Part shown: piece by piece, positions 8,982 to 17,949 of the stretch | Position numbering within the stretch: the first letter of the stretch is position 1 | Layout of the letters: every line of letters begins with the position of its first letter | Source: Vulcanimicrobiota bacterium | Lineage (GTDB): Bacteria > Vulcanimicrobiota > Vulcanimicrobiia > Vulcanimicrobiales > Vulcanimicrobiaceae | Reading direction: 5' to 3' | Assembly (NCBI GenBank): GCA_963777315.1 | Contig: CAVZQC010000003.1 | Coordinates: 11,009 to 75,008 of the forward strand | Length of the DNA stretch: 64,000 nucleotides | Program-made: the position numbers and the translations under genes | The notes under the pieces: generated by a model | Databases searched by the model: none | What the model was told of the DNA's origin: nothing | Seen by the model: the letters and a program-made list of their open reading frames with translations, nothing else

Positions 8982-9838
8982 TGGTGCTTTGTTTCGTAGC
9001 CGCGCTAGCGGCAGCCGTTTTCGCTTGTAGTGGACCGCCGGCCTCATCGCAAAAGCTCTACGTCGTGAACGCCGGTAATAGCACGGTGAGCGTATTCGAC
9101 CTAACCGGTTCCTTGGCCGCAGTCACCGTGATCTCGGGCGGCGGCCTGTACGGGCCCTCGGGGGCAGCCGTCGACGCGAAGGAAGATCTCTACGTCACGA
9201 ATCCGGTCCTCGACAGCGTGAGCGTCTTCGATACGCGGCATGATGATGCGGCACTGCCGCCGATCACCGGCCCGCGTAATCGATATTATCCCGGCGGCGC
9301 GGCATTCGATGCCGACGGCAATCTCTACATCGCCAATGCCGGCGTCGACGCCATCTCCGTGTTCAATAATTTACCGAGCGCGGCGGCGCGGACGATAACC
9401 GGAGGCGGCTTGAGCGCACCTTGGGGCGTAGCAGTCGGCGTCGACGGCAAGCTTTACGTCGCCAACGAGCGCCGCAACAGCGTGAGCGTTTTCGATACCA
9501 GACATGGCAACGCTTCGCTTACCGCGATTACCGGCAACGGGCTGAACTTTCCCTTCGGAGTAGCGATCGCGCCGAATGGCAAGCTCTACGTCGCGAATTT
9601 TGACGGCAACAGCGTGAGCGTTTTTAACACCACGCGGGCAAATGCCCCGCTCGCGCCGATTACCGGCGGAGGTTTGCACCACCCCTCCGGCCTGGCACTC
9701 GGCGCCCATGCCAGGCTCTACGTTGCAAACGCCGCTTCCAACAGCGTAAGCGTGTTCGACACGACGCTCAGAAACGCGGCGCTAAAACCGATCACCGGCG
9801 GCGGCTTGAACTTTCCGTATGGCGTTGCAATCCGCTAA
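8981..9838 (+). CDS. NHL/YVTN-type six-bladed beta-propeller lipoprotein
   Basis: Lipobox VFAC at the N-terminus. About six repeats of LYV(A/T)N...NSVSVFD(T)...ITGGGL..P.G.A. Confidence 0.75.
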   Translation: MVLCFVAALAAAVFACSGPPASSQKLYVVNAGNSTVSVFDLTGSLAAVTVISGGGLYGPSGAAVDAKEDLYVTNPVLDSVSVFDTRHDDAALPPITGPRNRYYPGGAAFDADGNLYIANAGVDAISVFNNLPSAAARTITGGGLSAPWGVAVGVDGKLYVANERRNSVSVFDTRHGNASLTAITGNGLNFPFGVAIAPNGKLYVANFDGNSVSVFNTTRANAPLAPITGGGLHHPSGLALGAHARLYVANAASNSVSVFDTTLRNAALKPITGGGLNFPYGVAIR

Positions 9839-9869
9839 AAACGCATTTCCGTCAGCCGGTGAGGTTTGA

Positions 9870-11531
9870 ATGCCGCTCGTCCCTTCTCGCTATCAGCCGG
9901 CACTCCCAATCGACCGTATCATCGTTCACGGCACGCCGGATAGCGATGCCGTCACGATGGATGTCGTGTTTGTCGGCGGTGGCGCTGCGGGGCTGGCTGG
10001 AGCGATCGAATTGGCGAACCTCGTGAAGCAAGACAACGCGAGCGGCGGTTCGCTGGGCGATGTGCAGATCGCCGTACTCGAGAAAGCACCGGGATTAGGA
10101 GAACACAGCCTCTCGGGTGCAATCGTCAACCCGAGCGCGATGCGTGAACTTTTCCCCGACGTTTCCGACGCTGAGTTTCCATTCCGCGGACTCGTTAAGA
10201 ACGAGCGAGTATGCTTGCTCACCCGTGACCGTACTATCCGAATCCCGACGCCGCCGACAATGGGAAATCACGGCTACTACATCGCGTCTCTATCCGAGAT
10301 CGTGCGCTGGTTAGGCCGGCAGGCGGAAGCGTTAGGAGTAAACGTGTTTACGGGGTTCCCGGTGGATGCGCTGCTCGTCGATGACAATCGCGTGATCGGC
10401 GTGCGGACAGCGGCGTCAGGCCTACTGCGCGACGGCTCGCGCGGCAACGCATACGAGCCGCCGCAAGAGATCGCTTCGCGCGTCACCGTGTTGAGCGAGG
10501 GCAGCCGCGGCATGCTCGCGGAGGCGTATTTTCAGTGGCAGGGCATCACAAGCGAGAACCCTCAGATCTTCGCGCTTGGCGTAAAAGAAATCTGGGAGAG
10601 CAAAAGCACACTCGAGAGCGTCATCCACACGCTCGGCTGGCCTTTACGGCGCGACACGTTCGGCGGCAGCTTCATCTATCCGCTCGCACCGAATCTCATC
10701 GCGATCGGTTTGGTTGTCGGAATGGACTATCCGGATGCCTCGCTCGACGTGCACGCGATGCTGCAGCAACTGAAGCTACATACGCTAATCCGCCCATTGC
10801 TCGAAGGCGGCCGCATGCTCGAATGGGGCGCGAAGACGATTCCGGAGGGTGGCTATTATGCGCTGCGCAGCCGGCGATCCGGTGACGGACTCATTATCAT
10901 CGGCGATGCTGCCGGTTATGTCGAAGTCGCGTCGCTTAAAGGAATCCATTACGCGATGCAGTCCGGAATGTATGCGGCGCGCGCGATCTTCGACGCGTTG
11001 AAGTCGAGTGATACCTCGGGCAGATCGCTCGCTGCTTGCGACCGATCCGTCGACGCAAGCTTCATCGCGAGTGATCTGCGCAAGCGCCGTAACATGCGTC
11101 TTGCTTTTCAAGGCAGCAACCTTTACGCCGGCGGCATCAAGGCTGCGATGAGCGGGCTGACGAACGGTGCGCTTTTTGGCCGCAAGATCGATTCGCGTGC
11201 CGACGCAGACGTCCCGCGCGCTGTACGGGCTACCGCAGTATCGGCGTTCACTGCCGATGGCACGCTCACATTCAACAAGCTCGAAGCGAACTTCCGCTCC
11301 GGCAATGCGACGCGCGACGACATCCCATCGCACCTCATCGTCGGCCCCGACATTTCACCTACCGTCGCGGACTTGTATTCGCACATGTGCCCCGCGGGCG
11401 TTTACGAGCGACATGGGGACAAACTCATCGTAAATTCGCCGAATTGCATCGATTGCAAAGCGACCGATGTGATCGGTCCGCGGTGGACGCCGCGCGAGGG
11501 CACGAGTGGACCCCGCTATCGGTTAATGTAA
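9870..11531 (+). CDS. Electron-transfer flavoprotein:ubiquinone oxidoreductase (ETF-QO)
   Basis: DVVFVGGGAAGLAGAIEL...SGAIV...GDAAGYV...HYAMQSG. C-terminal CPAGVYE...NCIDCKATDV...WTPREGTSGPRY is the 4Fe-4S region. Confidence 0.9.
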   Translation: MPLVPSRYQPALPIDRIIVHGTPDSDAVTMDVVFVGGGAAGLAGAIELANLVKQDNASGGSLGDVQIAVLEKAPGLGEHSLSGAIVNPSAMRELFPDVSDAEFPFRGLVKNERVCLLTRDRTIRIPTPPTMGNHGYYIASLSEIVRWLGRQAEALGVNVFTGFPVDALLVDDNRVIGVRTAASGLLRDGSRGNAYEPPQEIASRVTVLSEGSRGMLAEAYFQWQGITSENPQIFALGVKEIWESKSTLESVIHTLGWPLRRDTFGGSFIYPLAPNLIAIGLVVGMDYPDASLDVHAMLQQLKLHTLIRPLLEGGRMLEWGAKTIPEGGYYALRSRRSGDGLIIIGDAAGYVEVASLKGIHYAMQSGMYAARAIFDALKSSDTSGRSLAACDRSVDASFIASDLRKRRNMRLAFQGSNLYAGGIKAAMSGLTNGALFGRKIDSRADADVPRAVRATAVSAFTADGTLTFNKLEANFRSGNATRDDIPSHLIVGPDISPTVADLYSHMCPAGVYERHGDKLIVNSPNCIDCKATDVIGPRWTPREGTSGPRYRLM

Positions 11532-11541
11532 GAGGCGCTTA

Positions 11542-11715
11542 TCACTCGCCAGGTAGCGCCCCCGTAGCGAGATAGAGCACCCATGGTTTTCCAGGATGGT
11601 GATCCTTCGGGAACACCGTTCCTTTTTCGAACGCCTGCCGGTGGCCGCATTCAGCACATTCATACTCGCCGCTAACCGTTACGGTATCGCCGCACTTTCC
11701 AAATATTTCCGCCAT
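11542..11715 (-). CDS. Small (57 aa) Cys-containing, zinc-ribbon-like hypothetical protein
   Basis: Below the ORF-track size cut-off, translated by hand: MAEIFGKCGDTVTVSGEYECAECGHRQAFEKGTVFPKDHHPGKPWVLYLATGALPGE*. Lies 23 nt downstream of the SDR gene on the same strand. Confidence 0.4.
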   Translation of the reverse strand: MAEIFGKCGDTVTVSGEYECAECGHRQAFEKGTVFPKDHHPGKPWVLYLATGALPGE

Positions 11716-11738
11716 TTAATCAGCGTACCCAGGTCAGC

Positions 11739-12461
11739 CTAGGCATTAGAGAACAACGGAATATTGACGCCACTGGCAGCCGCCCAGGGAGTGTCGAGCA
11801 ACGCGACGATCAGCCCGGCCACGTCGTTGGGGGTCAGCCCCGGCCGCAGGTGAGGATTGGCGCGCCTCAACATCTCGGTGTCCACCGCACCTGGGCTGAT
11901 GCAAAACGCGCTGATTCCGTGCGGTTTGCCCTCCGCGGCGATCGCCTCGGTGAGCCCGACTACCCCGTGCTTGGAGGCGGTGTACGCGGCTAAGCCCGCA
12001 AACTTCTCGGTCGCGTAGATGCCCGAGAGAGACGCGATATTGACGATGCGGCCCTCGCCGGCCGCGCGCATCGCGGCAAAAGCCGCGCGGCAGCACAGGA
12101 AGGTTCCGGTGAGATTGGCGGCGAGCGTCTCCTCCCACATCTGGACTGTCGTTTCATCAAACGGTACGTTGATGAGGGATCCGGCGGCGCAGACCAGCGC
12201 AGCAGGCGCGCCGAGGCCGGCAGCAACGGCGAAGAGCGCCGCCACACCCTCAGCCCGGCTGACGTCTGTCGGCACCGCTGTTGCCTCACCGCCGGCTTTG
12301 CGTATGCAGTCGCTCACCGTTTCGAGTGCCGCTCTGTCCCTGGCAGCGAGAACCACGTGCGCGCCCGCTTTCGCCATCGCTTCGGCGGTTGCGCGACCGA
12401 TGCCGCGGCTTGCACCGGTGACAATAGCGATGCGGCCGGCGAGCCAATGGTCATCAGGCAC
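11739..12461 (-). CDS. Short-chain dehydrogenase/reductase (SDR)
   Basis: IAIVTGASRGIGRATA (TGxxxGxG), NIASLSG and YTASKHG (YxxxK). Confidence 0.9.
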   Translation of the reverse strand: MPDDHWLAGRIAIVTGASRGIGRATAEAMAKAGAHVVLAARDRAALETVSDCIRKAGGEATAVPTDVSRAEGVAALFAVAAGLGAPAALVCAAGSLINVPFDETTVQMWEETLAANLTGTFLCCRAAFAAMRAAGEGRIVNIASLSGIYATEKFAGLAAYTASKHGVVGLTEAIAAEGKPHGISAFCISPGAVDTEMLRRANPHLRPGLTPNDVAGLIVALLDTPWAAASGVNIPLFSNA

Positions 12462-13548
12462 CGATGTGTGTCCCCACCGATCGCATCATCCGGCTGTACA
12501 GTTCCTCGTGAGCCTTAAGACTAGACTCCAGGCCGAGGCACATCTCCGCCCGCTGACGACAGGCATAACGCGAAATGCCGGTTGCGGCCTTGCGCACCGC
12601 CGTTGCGGCCGCTGCGATGTCGTCCCGAGCAACGAGAAACCCGGTCCGCCCGTCTGCGACGACCTCCTCGAGACCGCCGCGTCGGAAGGCCACGACCGGC
12701 GTTCCGGCGGCCTGTGCCTCCGCCGCGACCATGCCGAAGGGCTCATCCCACATGGACGGGCACACCACGACGCTCGCATGCGACATGATCGTCCAAAGAA
12801 CGGCCCGGTCGACCGCGGCATGGACCGCAACGCCGGGTTCGCCGTGCCGGGGATAGACGTGTTTGCGCGCGTAGTCGAGATCGTAGGGGTCGCCGTAGAG
12901 ATCGATGTGCTCGCCGGCAAGCTTGGCGATATCAATGGCCTTTGCCGCACCTTTCTCCGGGCTGAACCGCCCTGCGAAGACGACGCCAACGCCGCTCGAT
13001 CGCGACCACGGCACCTCATGCGTCGGCACTCCGTTGGGCAGCACCTGGTCAATGCGGGTGAGCATGTTCCAAGCGTGCTCCTGAAAAGCGGAAACAGCGG
13101 CCACGGCTGGAGAGGCGGCGCTACGGCGCACAACTTCGAGGGCAGCGAGCACCGATGGATCCGGGGGCAGGTGCAGGGTATGGACGACGGGGACGGCCAA
13201 GGCGGCGGCGAGCCTGATCGCCGCCGCGTCAAATGCATGATTGTGCACGATGTCATACGGAACTTCCCGAACGGCTGCATAGACCGTGGCGAACGCCTTT
13301 TCTGCAGTCAAACCGTCGCGGCGAATTGGCGAGTCGGCGCGATACAGCGTGCTCGCAAGCGTTGCCGCATCGATCCCGGTGTCGATCGTCGAAACCGCCG
13401 GTATGTCCGATCCAGTGGCCGCGTAGACGTGGACCTCGTGGCCTCGCGTTTGCAAACCAGCGGCGAGATCGGCGACAACCGACTGTGAGCCACCGCGTTG
13501 TGGTTCGCGAATGGCGCTCACCAGCGGCGCAATAAGCGCGATTTTCAA
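12454..13548 (-). CDS. GT4-family (group 1) glycosyltransferase
   Basis: MKIALIAP...GGSQSVVADLAAGLQTRGHEV...FAGRFSPEKG...CPSMWDEPFGMVAAEAQAAGTPVVAFRRGGLEEVV. Overlaps both neighbouring genes by a few nt. Confidence 0.85.
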   Translation of the reverse strand: MKIALIAPLVSAIREPQRGGSQSVVADLAAGLQTRGHEVHVYAATGSDIPAVSTIDTGIDAATLASTLYRADSPIRRDGLTAEKAFATVYAAVREVPYDIVHNHAFDAAAIRLAAALAVPVVHTLHLPPDPSVLAALEVVRRSAASPAVAAVSAFQEHAWNMLTRIDQVLPNGVPTHEVPWSRSSGVGVVFAGRFSPEKGAAKAIDIAKLAGEHIDLYGDPYDLDYARKHVYPRHGEPGVAVHAAVDRAVLWTIMSHASVVVCPSMWDEPFGMVAAEAQAAGTPVVAFRRGGLEEVVADGRTGFLVARDDIAAAATAVRKAATGISRYACRQRAEMCLGLESSLKAHEELYSRMMRSVGTHIGA

Positions 13549-14315
13549 GTGCCGATTTTCTTGTATGCCAAGTCCCGCGGCGGGTTTATCTTCAATATTT
13601 CATACGGGACGTGCCGCTTGCCGCGGTGCCGGATCTGTTGGACAGCATGAGGATAAAAGATCGCCGCCAGCTCCACCGCTTCAGAAACGCTCGCGAATTC
13701 CACCGCCATCTCGCCGGGAAATGACTCGTACGTATAGCCACGCTCCGCCAGCCATTCCGGATGGTTCGGCCACACTATAACCACCCGACCTCCGGTTGCG
13801 CACGCGCGTTCCATCTCCGCGAGACCGGCATCGCCGCCGTGCGCCGGATCAGGTGTAAGCGCGGAGCAGCTCACCACGAGTTCGGCCGATCCATCGGACA
13901 CCGGAAGCGAATCGAAAAATCCGGAAGTGACGTGCAGATCGGAGGCGCCGGTGCGGTCGGCAAACTTTTTCGCTAGGAGGGTTCGCAACTGGGCAGAGGG
14001 TTCAACCGCTATGAGGTGATCACAGCGATCGCTAAGCGTTGCGGTGAGCCGGCCGGTGCCCGGGGCGACCTCGACGATCCTCGCGACGTGATGCGGCAGC
14101 CGGTCGAGGACTCCGGCATGGATCCGCTCCGCGCTGACCAGGCGATCGTAGATTTCAGGCTCGAGCCGGTACAGCAGTTCCCACGCAAGCGCGATGTGCT
14201 TTTGCGGATCGGGTTCCGGGCTGAGAAAGCGCCGCGCCTCATCTTGGTTGAGGACGCTCAGATCTTCCCTGGTGTAACGGCGACCCAGCTCGCCGACGCG
14301 CGCCGACGCGATCAC
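13545..14315 (-). CDS. Class I SAM-dependent methyltransferase
   Basis: IVEVAPGTGRLTATL...LIAVEPS. The start is set at the GTG at 14315, 5 nt after the upstream gene's stop; the longer ORF to 14465 would overlap that gene. Confidence 0.7.
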   Translation of the reverse strand: MIASARVGELGRRYTREDLSVLNQDEARRFLSPEPDPQKHIALAWELLYRLEPEIYDRLVSAERIHAGVLDRLPHHVARIVEVAPGTGRLTATLSDRCDHLIAVEPSAQLRTLLAKKFADRTGASDLHVTSGFFDSLPVSDGSAELVVSCSALTPDPAHGGDAGLAEMERACATGGRVVIVWPNHPEWLAERGYTYESFPGEMAVEFASVSEAVELAAIFYPHAVQQIRHRGKRHVPYEILKINPPRDLAYKKIGT

Positions 14316-14319
14316 GGCG

Positions 14320-15345
14320 TCAACCGTCTGCGCTGTACTCGGCGCAGTTCTTCTCGGTTTCCCAAACCTTGATGCAGCGCAACGTGGCGACGCCTCGGAA
14401 GTGCGGCGCAAGCCGATTCCAGAACGCCACGGCCAGGTTCTCGGCGGTGGGAATGCATCCCACAAGCCACGGCACGTCGGTGTTCAAATTGCGGTGGTCG
14501 ACGTGCTCGATGATCTCGCGACCGATAAGGTGCGAGAGCTCCTTCAGATCAGCGACGTAGCCCGTTGAAGCATCGGCTTTCCCGCCGATGGCGACTTCGA
14601 GCACATAGTTGTGGCCGTGGAGATTCACACATTTTCCGAACAAGCGCCGGTTTTCGTGATCGGGAAGATCCGGGTCGCATAGTTGGTGAGCGGCGCTGAA
14701 CGATTCGCGGCGGCTAATGCGGAGTTCGGCACGGCGGGCGACGCCGTTCCTTCCTTCGGCGCGCGCCAAAAATTCCGCGCGGGCGCCGGCATCGTCGCGA
14801 AGCGCGCCGAGCAGCATCGAGGTCGCGGTCTTCGTACCCGGTTTTTGCACACCGCGAAGCGACATGCACAGATGCTCCGCTTCGAGTACCACGCCAACGC
14901 CCTTGGCATTCAAGGAGTGCTGGAGGCTATTGGCAATCTGCGCGGTGAGATGCTCTTGCGTTTGGAGGCTGCGCGCAAAGTGCTCCACCAGGCGAACCAA
15001 CTTGGAGAGACCGACGATTCTGCCCACCGGCAGATAACCGATGTGCGCAACTCCGACGAACGGCAAAAGATGGTGACGACATAGCGAGTGGAACGGGATC
15101 GCGCGCATGAGCACGAGGCCATCGTAACGCTCCTCGTTCGCAAAGGTCGTCATCGCGAACGCCGGCGGAGTGACCATCTCCGCGAGCGCCGCTGCAACGC
15201 GCCTTGGCGTTTCCGCGAGGTCTTCTTCCGATGGATCGAAGCCGAGGGCGATAAGCAAGTTTCTGGCGGCCTTCTGCACCGCAGGCACGTCGACGGCACG
15301 CTCGGCCTCATCGCACGCGAGCCCGAATGTCACAGCAGCGCGCAT
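14320..15345 (-). CDS. folE: Fusion protein: GTP cyclohydrolase I (FolE) plus a 6-carboxytetrahydropterin/6-pyruvoyltetrahydropterin synthase (QueD/PTPS) domain
   Basis: N-terminal half: ETPRRVAAALAEM...FHSLCRHHLLPFVGVAHIGYLP...GLSKLVRLVEHFARSLQTQE...HLCMSLRGV. C-terminal half: SFSAAHQL...GKCVNLHGHNYVLEV...DHRNLN...TAENLA. One uninterrupted ORF. Confidence 0.85.
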   Translation of the reverse strand: MRAAVTFGLACDEAERAVDVPAVQKAARNLLIALGFDPSEEDLAETPRRVAAALAEMVTPPAFAMTTFANEERYDGLVLMRAIPFHSLCRHHLLPFVGVAHIGYLPVGRIVGLSKLVRLVEHFARSLQTQEHLTAQIANSLQHSLNAKGVGVVLEAEHLCMSLRGVQKPGTKTATSMLLGALRDDAGARAEFLARAEGRNGVARRAELRISRRESFSAAHQLCDPDLPDHENRRLFGKCVNLHGHNYVLEVAIGGKADASTGYVADLKELSHLIGREIIEHVDHRNLNTDVPWLVGCIPTAENLAVAFWNRLAPHFRGVATLRCIKVWETEKNCAEYSADG

Positions 15346-15368
15346 CTGCTTGCGACCTCCACTACGGC

Positions 15369-15758
15369 TTATCGCCTTCCGGTTGTCGCATTTGTCGATC
15401 GCAATCGGCGCTTCAATACGCCGCGCAACACGACGGCTTCGTTGTGTTCGGTATCCTTTGCGCCGTAGATCAGCGTTATAGCGTGTCTGGGTTTCGCGTG
15501 AGTGACGATAGCCGCAATTGTCTCGCGCGCCTCGGATTCTTTCAGCTCGGCTTTATAGCGCTTCTCGAACTCGGGCCAACGCTCGGGATCATGACCGAAC
15601 CACTTCCGTAAAGCGGTGCTCGGTGAAACGCCTTTCGCCCACATATCGAGATGAAGGCTGACTTTACTGACCCCACGTGGCCAGAGCCGGTCGACCAGTA
15701 CACGAAAGCCGTCGTTCCTCGTTCGTTTTTCGTACGCGCGTTTCAATAGAAGTTCCAC
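15369..15758 (-). CDS. DUF488 (YeaO-type) protein
   Basis: KRAYE...DGFRVLVDRLWPRGVSK...DMWAKGVSPSTALRKWFGHDPERWPEF...ITLIYGAKDTEHN. Confidence 0.85.
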   Translation of the reverse strand: MELLLKRAYEKRTRNDGFRVLVDRLWPRGVSKVSLHLDMWAKGVSPSTALRKWFGHDPERWPEFEKRYKAELKESEARETIAAIVTHAKPRHAITLIYGAKDTEHNEAVVLRGVLKRRLRSTNATTGRR

Positions 15759-15822
15759 GTTAAGTCTTCCTGTTGCGGATTGTCTGCGAGGCAGCCGCTC
15801 GGTGTAACGGAAGCCGGCAAAG

Positions 15823-15872
15823 ACAGCATAATCGGTTCGGAAGCCGAGAGTCTGTGCGCTTTTAGACGGCGG
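15823..15872 (+). promoter_or_regulatory. Conserved intergenic element, copy 6 (plus strand: ACAGCATAA-N20 hairpin-CTGTGCGCTTTTAGACGGCGG)
   Basis: Same boxes as the other copies, oriented toward the hemerythrin gene about 160 nt downstream. Confidence 0.55.
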
Positions 15873-16030
15873 AGATGAACCTTCTGGGGCTACGATTCAG
15901 GAGGTCGATTGAGGCGCAGCCGCTGTCGCCTGATGAGCCTATTTAAGGAAGGGAATGCATGCTAAGGGATTGGTTAATCGAGTTTGCCACCTGCCAGCGC
16001 TACGAATAGAACGAAGAAAGAAGACCCCGA

Positions 16031-16501
16031 ATGAACGCGATCACTTTACTGAAAGCCGATCACAATGCCGTCCAAGGCTTGTTACAGCAAATCAAATGTC
16101 TCGACGAGTCAGCGCATGGACAGCGGCGAGAACTCTTTCGACAGATCGATAAAGAGCTAACCCTGCATTCCAAGATTGAAGAAACGATCTTTTATCCCGC
16201 GCTCAAGCAAAAGGCTTCGTTTTCGGACGACGATGATGCTACACAGGAGGTTCTGGAGGCATACGAAGAGCATGCCAACGTGAAGAGCATGCTGCAAAGG
16301 TTGGAAAGTACCGATGCGGCGGACGAGACGTACAACGCGAAACTTCAGGTGCTGAGCGAGTTGGTGAAACATCACGTGCACGAAGAAGAGCACGAGATGT
16401 TCAAAGAAGCGAAAGACCTGATGAGTGAATCGGAGCTCGAGCAGCTTGGAGCACAATTGGCGCAAGCCAAAGAGCAGATGCTCAGCAGGGCCGCTGTATA
16501 G
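16031..16501 (+). CDS. Hemerythrin-domain protein
   Basis: LLKADHNAVQGL...LTLHSKIEETIFYPAL...EHANVK...HHVHEEEHEMF. Confidence 0.85.
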   Translation: MNAITLLKADHNAVQGLLQQIKCLDESAHGQRRELFRQIDKELTLHSKIEETIFYPALKQKASFSDDDDATQEVLEAYEEHANVKSMLQRLESTDAADETYNAKLQVLSELVKHHVHEEEHEMFKEAKDLMSESELEQLGAQLAQAKEQMLSRAAV

Positions 16502-16512
16502 AAGCGCCGCGG

Positions 16513-17055
16513 CTGCTCACGCTCGGACACGGAACTGCGAGTGAGGATGACCTCGCGCGGCTCATTCGGGGAGCCGCGATCCAATCGCTCGTCGACGTCC
16601 GCACCGTCCCCAAAAGCCGCCGCCATCCGCAGTTTTGGCGCGAAGAGATGGAGCGCTGGGTCCCGGAACGCAGTGGAAGCACGTATCGCTGGGAGCCCGC
16701 TCTGGGGGGCTTTCGCAAGACCAACCGCAACAGCCATAACGTCGCGCTGCGCCACCCTTCGTTTCGCTCGTATGCAGATTACATGGAAACCGAGGCCTTC
16801 GCAATCGCACTCAAAGACGTTCTCGCGCAAGTGACGATGGTGCAGCTGGCGATCATGTGTTCGGAGACCGTTTGGTGGCGTTGCCACCGCCGGCTCATCT
16901 CGGATGCCGCACTCCTGCTCCACGGCGTTCCGGTGCGGCACTTGATGCACGACGGCAAACTGCGGCCGCACATTCCCACGGCCGGCGTTCGCACGACGGC
17001 GGAGGGAATGCTCCGCTATGACGTACTGTTCGAGACCGCTGACATTATGGAGTGA
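16513..17055 (+). CDS. DUF488-family protein (long form) with no canonical start codon ahead of its conserved N-terminus
   Basis: The frame opens after a stop at 16426-16428. LLTLGHGTASEDDLARLIRGAAIQSLVDVRTVPKSRRHPQFW precedes the first ATG (16648). The paralog at 48944 has ATG where this copy has CGG. CTG at 16513 is the only plausible start. Confidence 0.6.
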   Translation: MLTLGHGTASEDDLARLIRGAAIQSLVDVRTVPKSRRHPQFWREEMERWVPERSGSTYRWEPALGGFRKTNRNSHNVALRHPSFRSYADYMETEAFAIALKDVLAQVTMVQLAIMCSETVWWRCHRRLISDAALLLHGVPVRHLMHDGKLRPHIPTAGVRTTAEGMLRYDVLFETADIME

Positions 17056-17949
17056 ATGATCGATATGGCAACACCAGACATCACGGGCGGATCCGATCCC
17101 CAAGAATCCAAGGAAACACGAGCCGTTGCAGAAAGCGCGCAGAAACTGGTGCATAAAGCGTTCGCCGGCGCGGGGCCGAGCGGTCAAACGCTCAAGAACT
17201 TTCTGAACGGAACCTGGCTTGGGAATCCACTGCACGTCGTTCTAACAGACGTTCCCATCGGCGCGTGGACGGCCGCCCTGGTTTTCGACGCAATGCAGTG
17301 GGCCGGCGGCCGCGACGACCTTGCAACTGCCGCAGACGCCGCCGTGGCGATCGGCATAGCGGGCGCGCTCGGAGCAGCGCTTACCGGCGTAACCGATTGG
17401 CAGGATGCGGACGCCCCGGCTCGCCGAATCGGCATGCTGCACGGTATCTTGAACGTGAGCGGAACGGCCTTGTTCGCCGCCTCGCTGATTTCGCGCAAGC
17501 GCAAGTCACGCAGTATGTCTCGAATACTGCGTGCGCTCGGGTATGGGCTAATGACCACCGCTGCCCATCTGGGTGGCGAGATGATTTACACGCACCGCGT
17601 GGGCGTTGACCGTACCGCCGGCCAAACGTTTCCAACGGACTTTGTTTCGGTGTTGGCCGACTCGGATCTGTTAGAATCACAGCCGAAGCGCGCCGAGCAC
17701 GATGGTGTTCCGATCCTGTTGGTGCGACGTGGAGCGCAGATCTTTGCTCTGGCTGAGACGTGTTCGCATTTCAGCGGACCGCTCTCGGAAGGCAAACTCA
17801 TGGGAGACAGCATTCAGTGTCCGTGGCACAAATCACGATTCGCGCTGGAAGACGGCCGCGTACTCGACGGACCGGCTGTACACCCGCAACCGTGTCTGGA
17901 AACTCGCGTGCGCAACGGCCAGATTGAAGTGCGATCACGCGTTGGTTGA
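17056..17949 (+). CDS. DUF2231 membrane domain fused to a Rieske [2Fe-2S] domain
   Basis: N-terminal part has TM helices (HVVLTDVPIGAW...). C-terminal part has CSHFSGPL...CPWHKSRF. Confidence 0.85.
   Translation: MIDMATPDITGGSDPQESKETRAVAESAQKLVHKAFAGAGPSGQTLKNFLNGTWLGNPLHVVLTDVPIGAWTAALVFDAMQWAGGRDDLATAADAAVAIGIAGALGAALTGVTDWQDADAPARRIGMLHGILNVSGTALFAASLISRKRKSRSMSRILRALGYGLMTTAAHLGGEMIYTHRVGVDRTAGQTFPTDFVSVLADSDLLESQPKRAEHDGVPILLVRRGAQIFALAETCSHFSGPLSEGKLMGDSIQCPWHKSRFALEDGRVLDGPAVHPQPCLETRVRNGQIEVRSRVG

Noticed and set aside
8981-9838. Periodic DNA similarity considered as a nucleotide-level repeat element
   Set aside because: The periodicity is the roughly 42-aa blade repeat of an NHL/YVTN beta-propeller protein within one ORF.
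12019-13488. 489-aa plus-strand ORF
   Set aside because: It lies antisense to the SDR and GT4 genes, which have clear family motifs. It has a low-complexity Ala/Arg/Pro composition.
16372-17235. 287-aa minus-strand ORF
   Set aside because: It lies antisense to the hemerythrin, DUF488 and Rieske genes.
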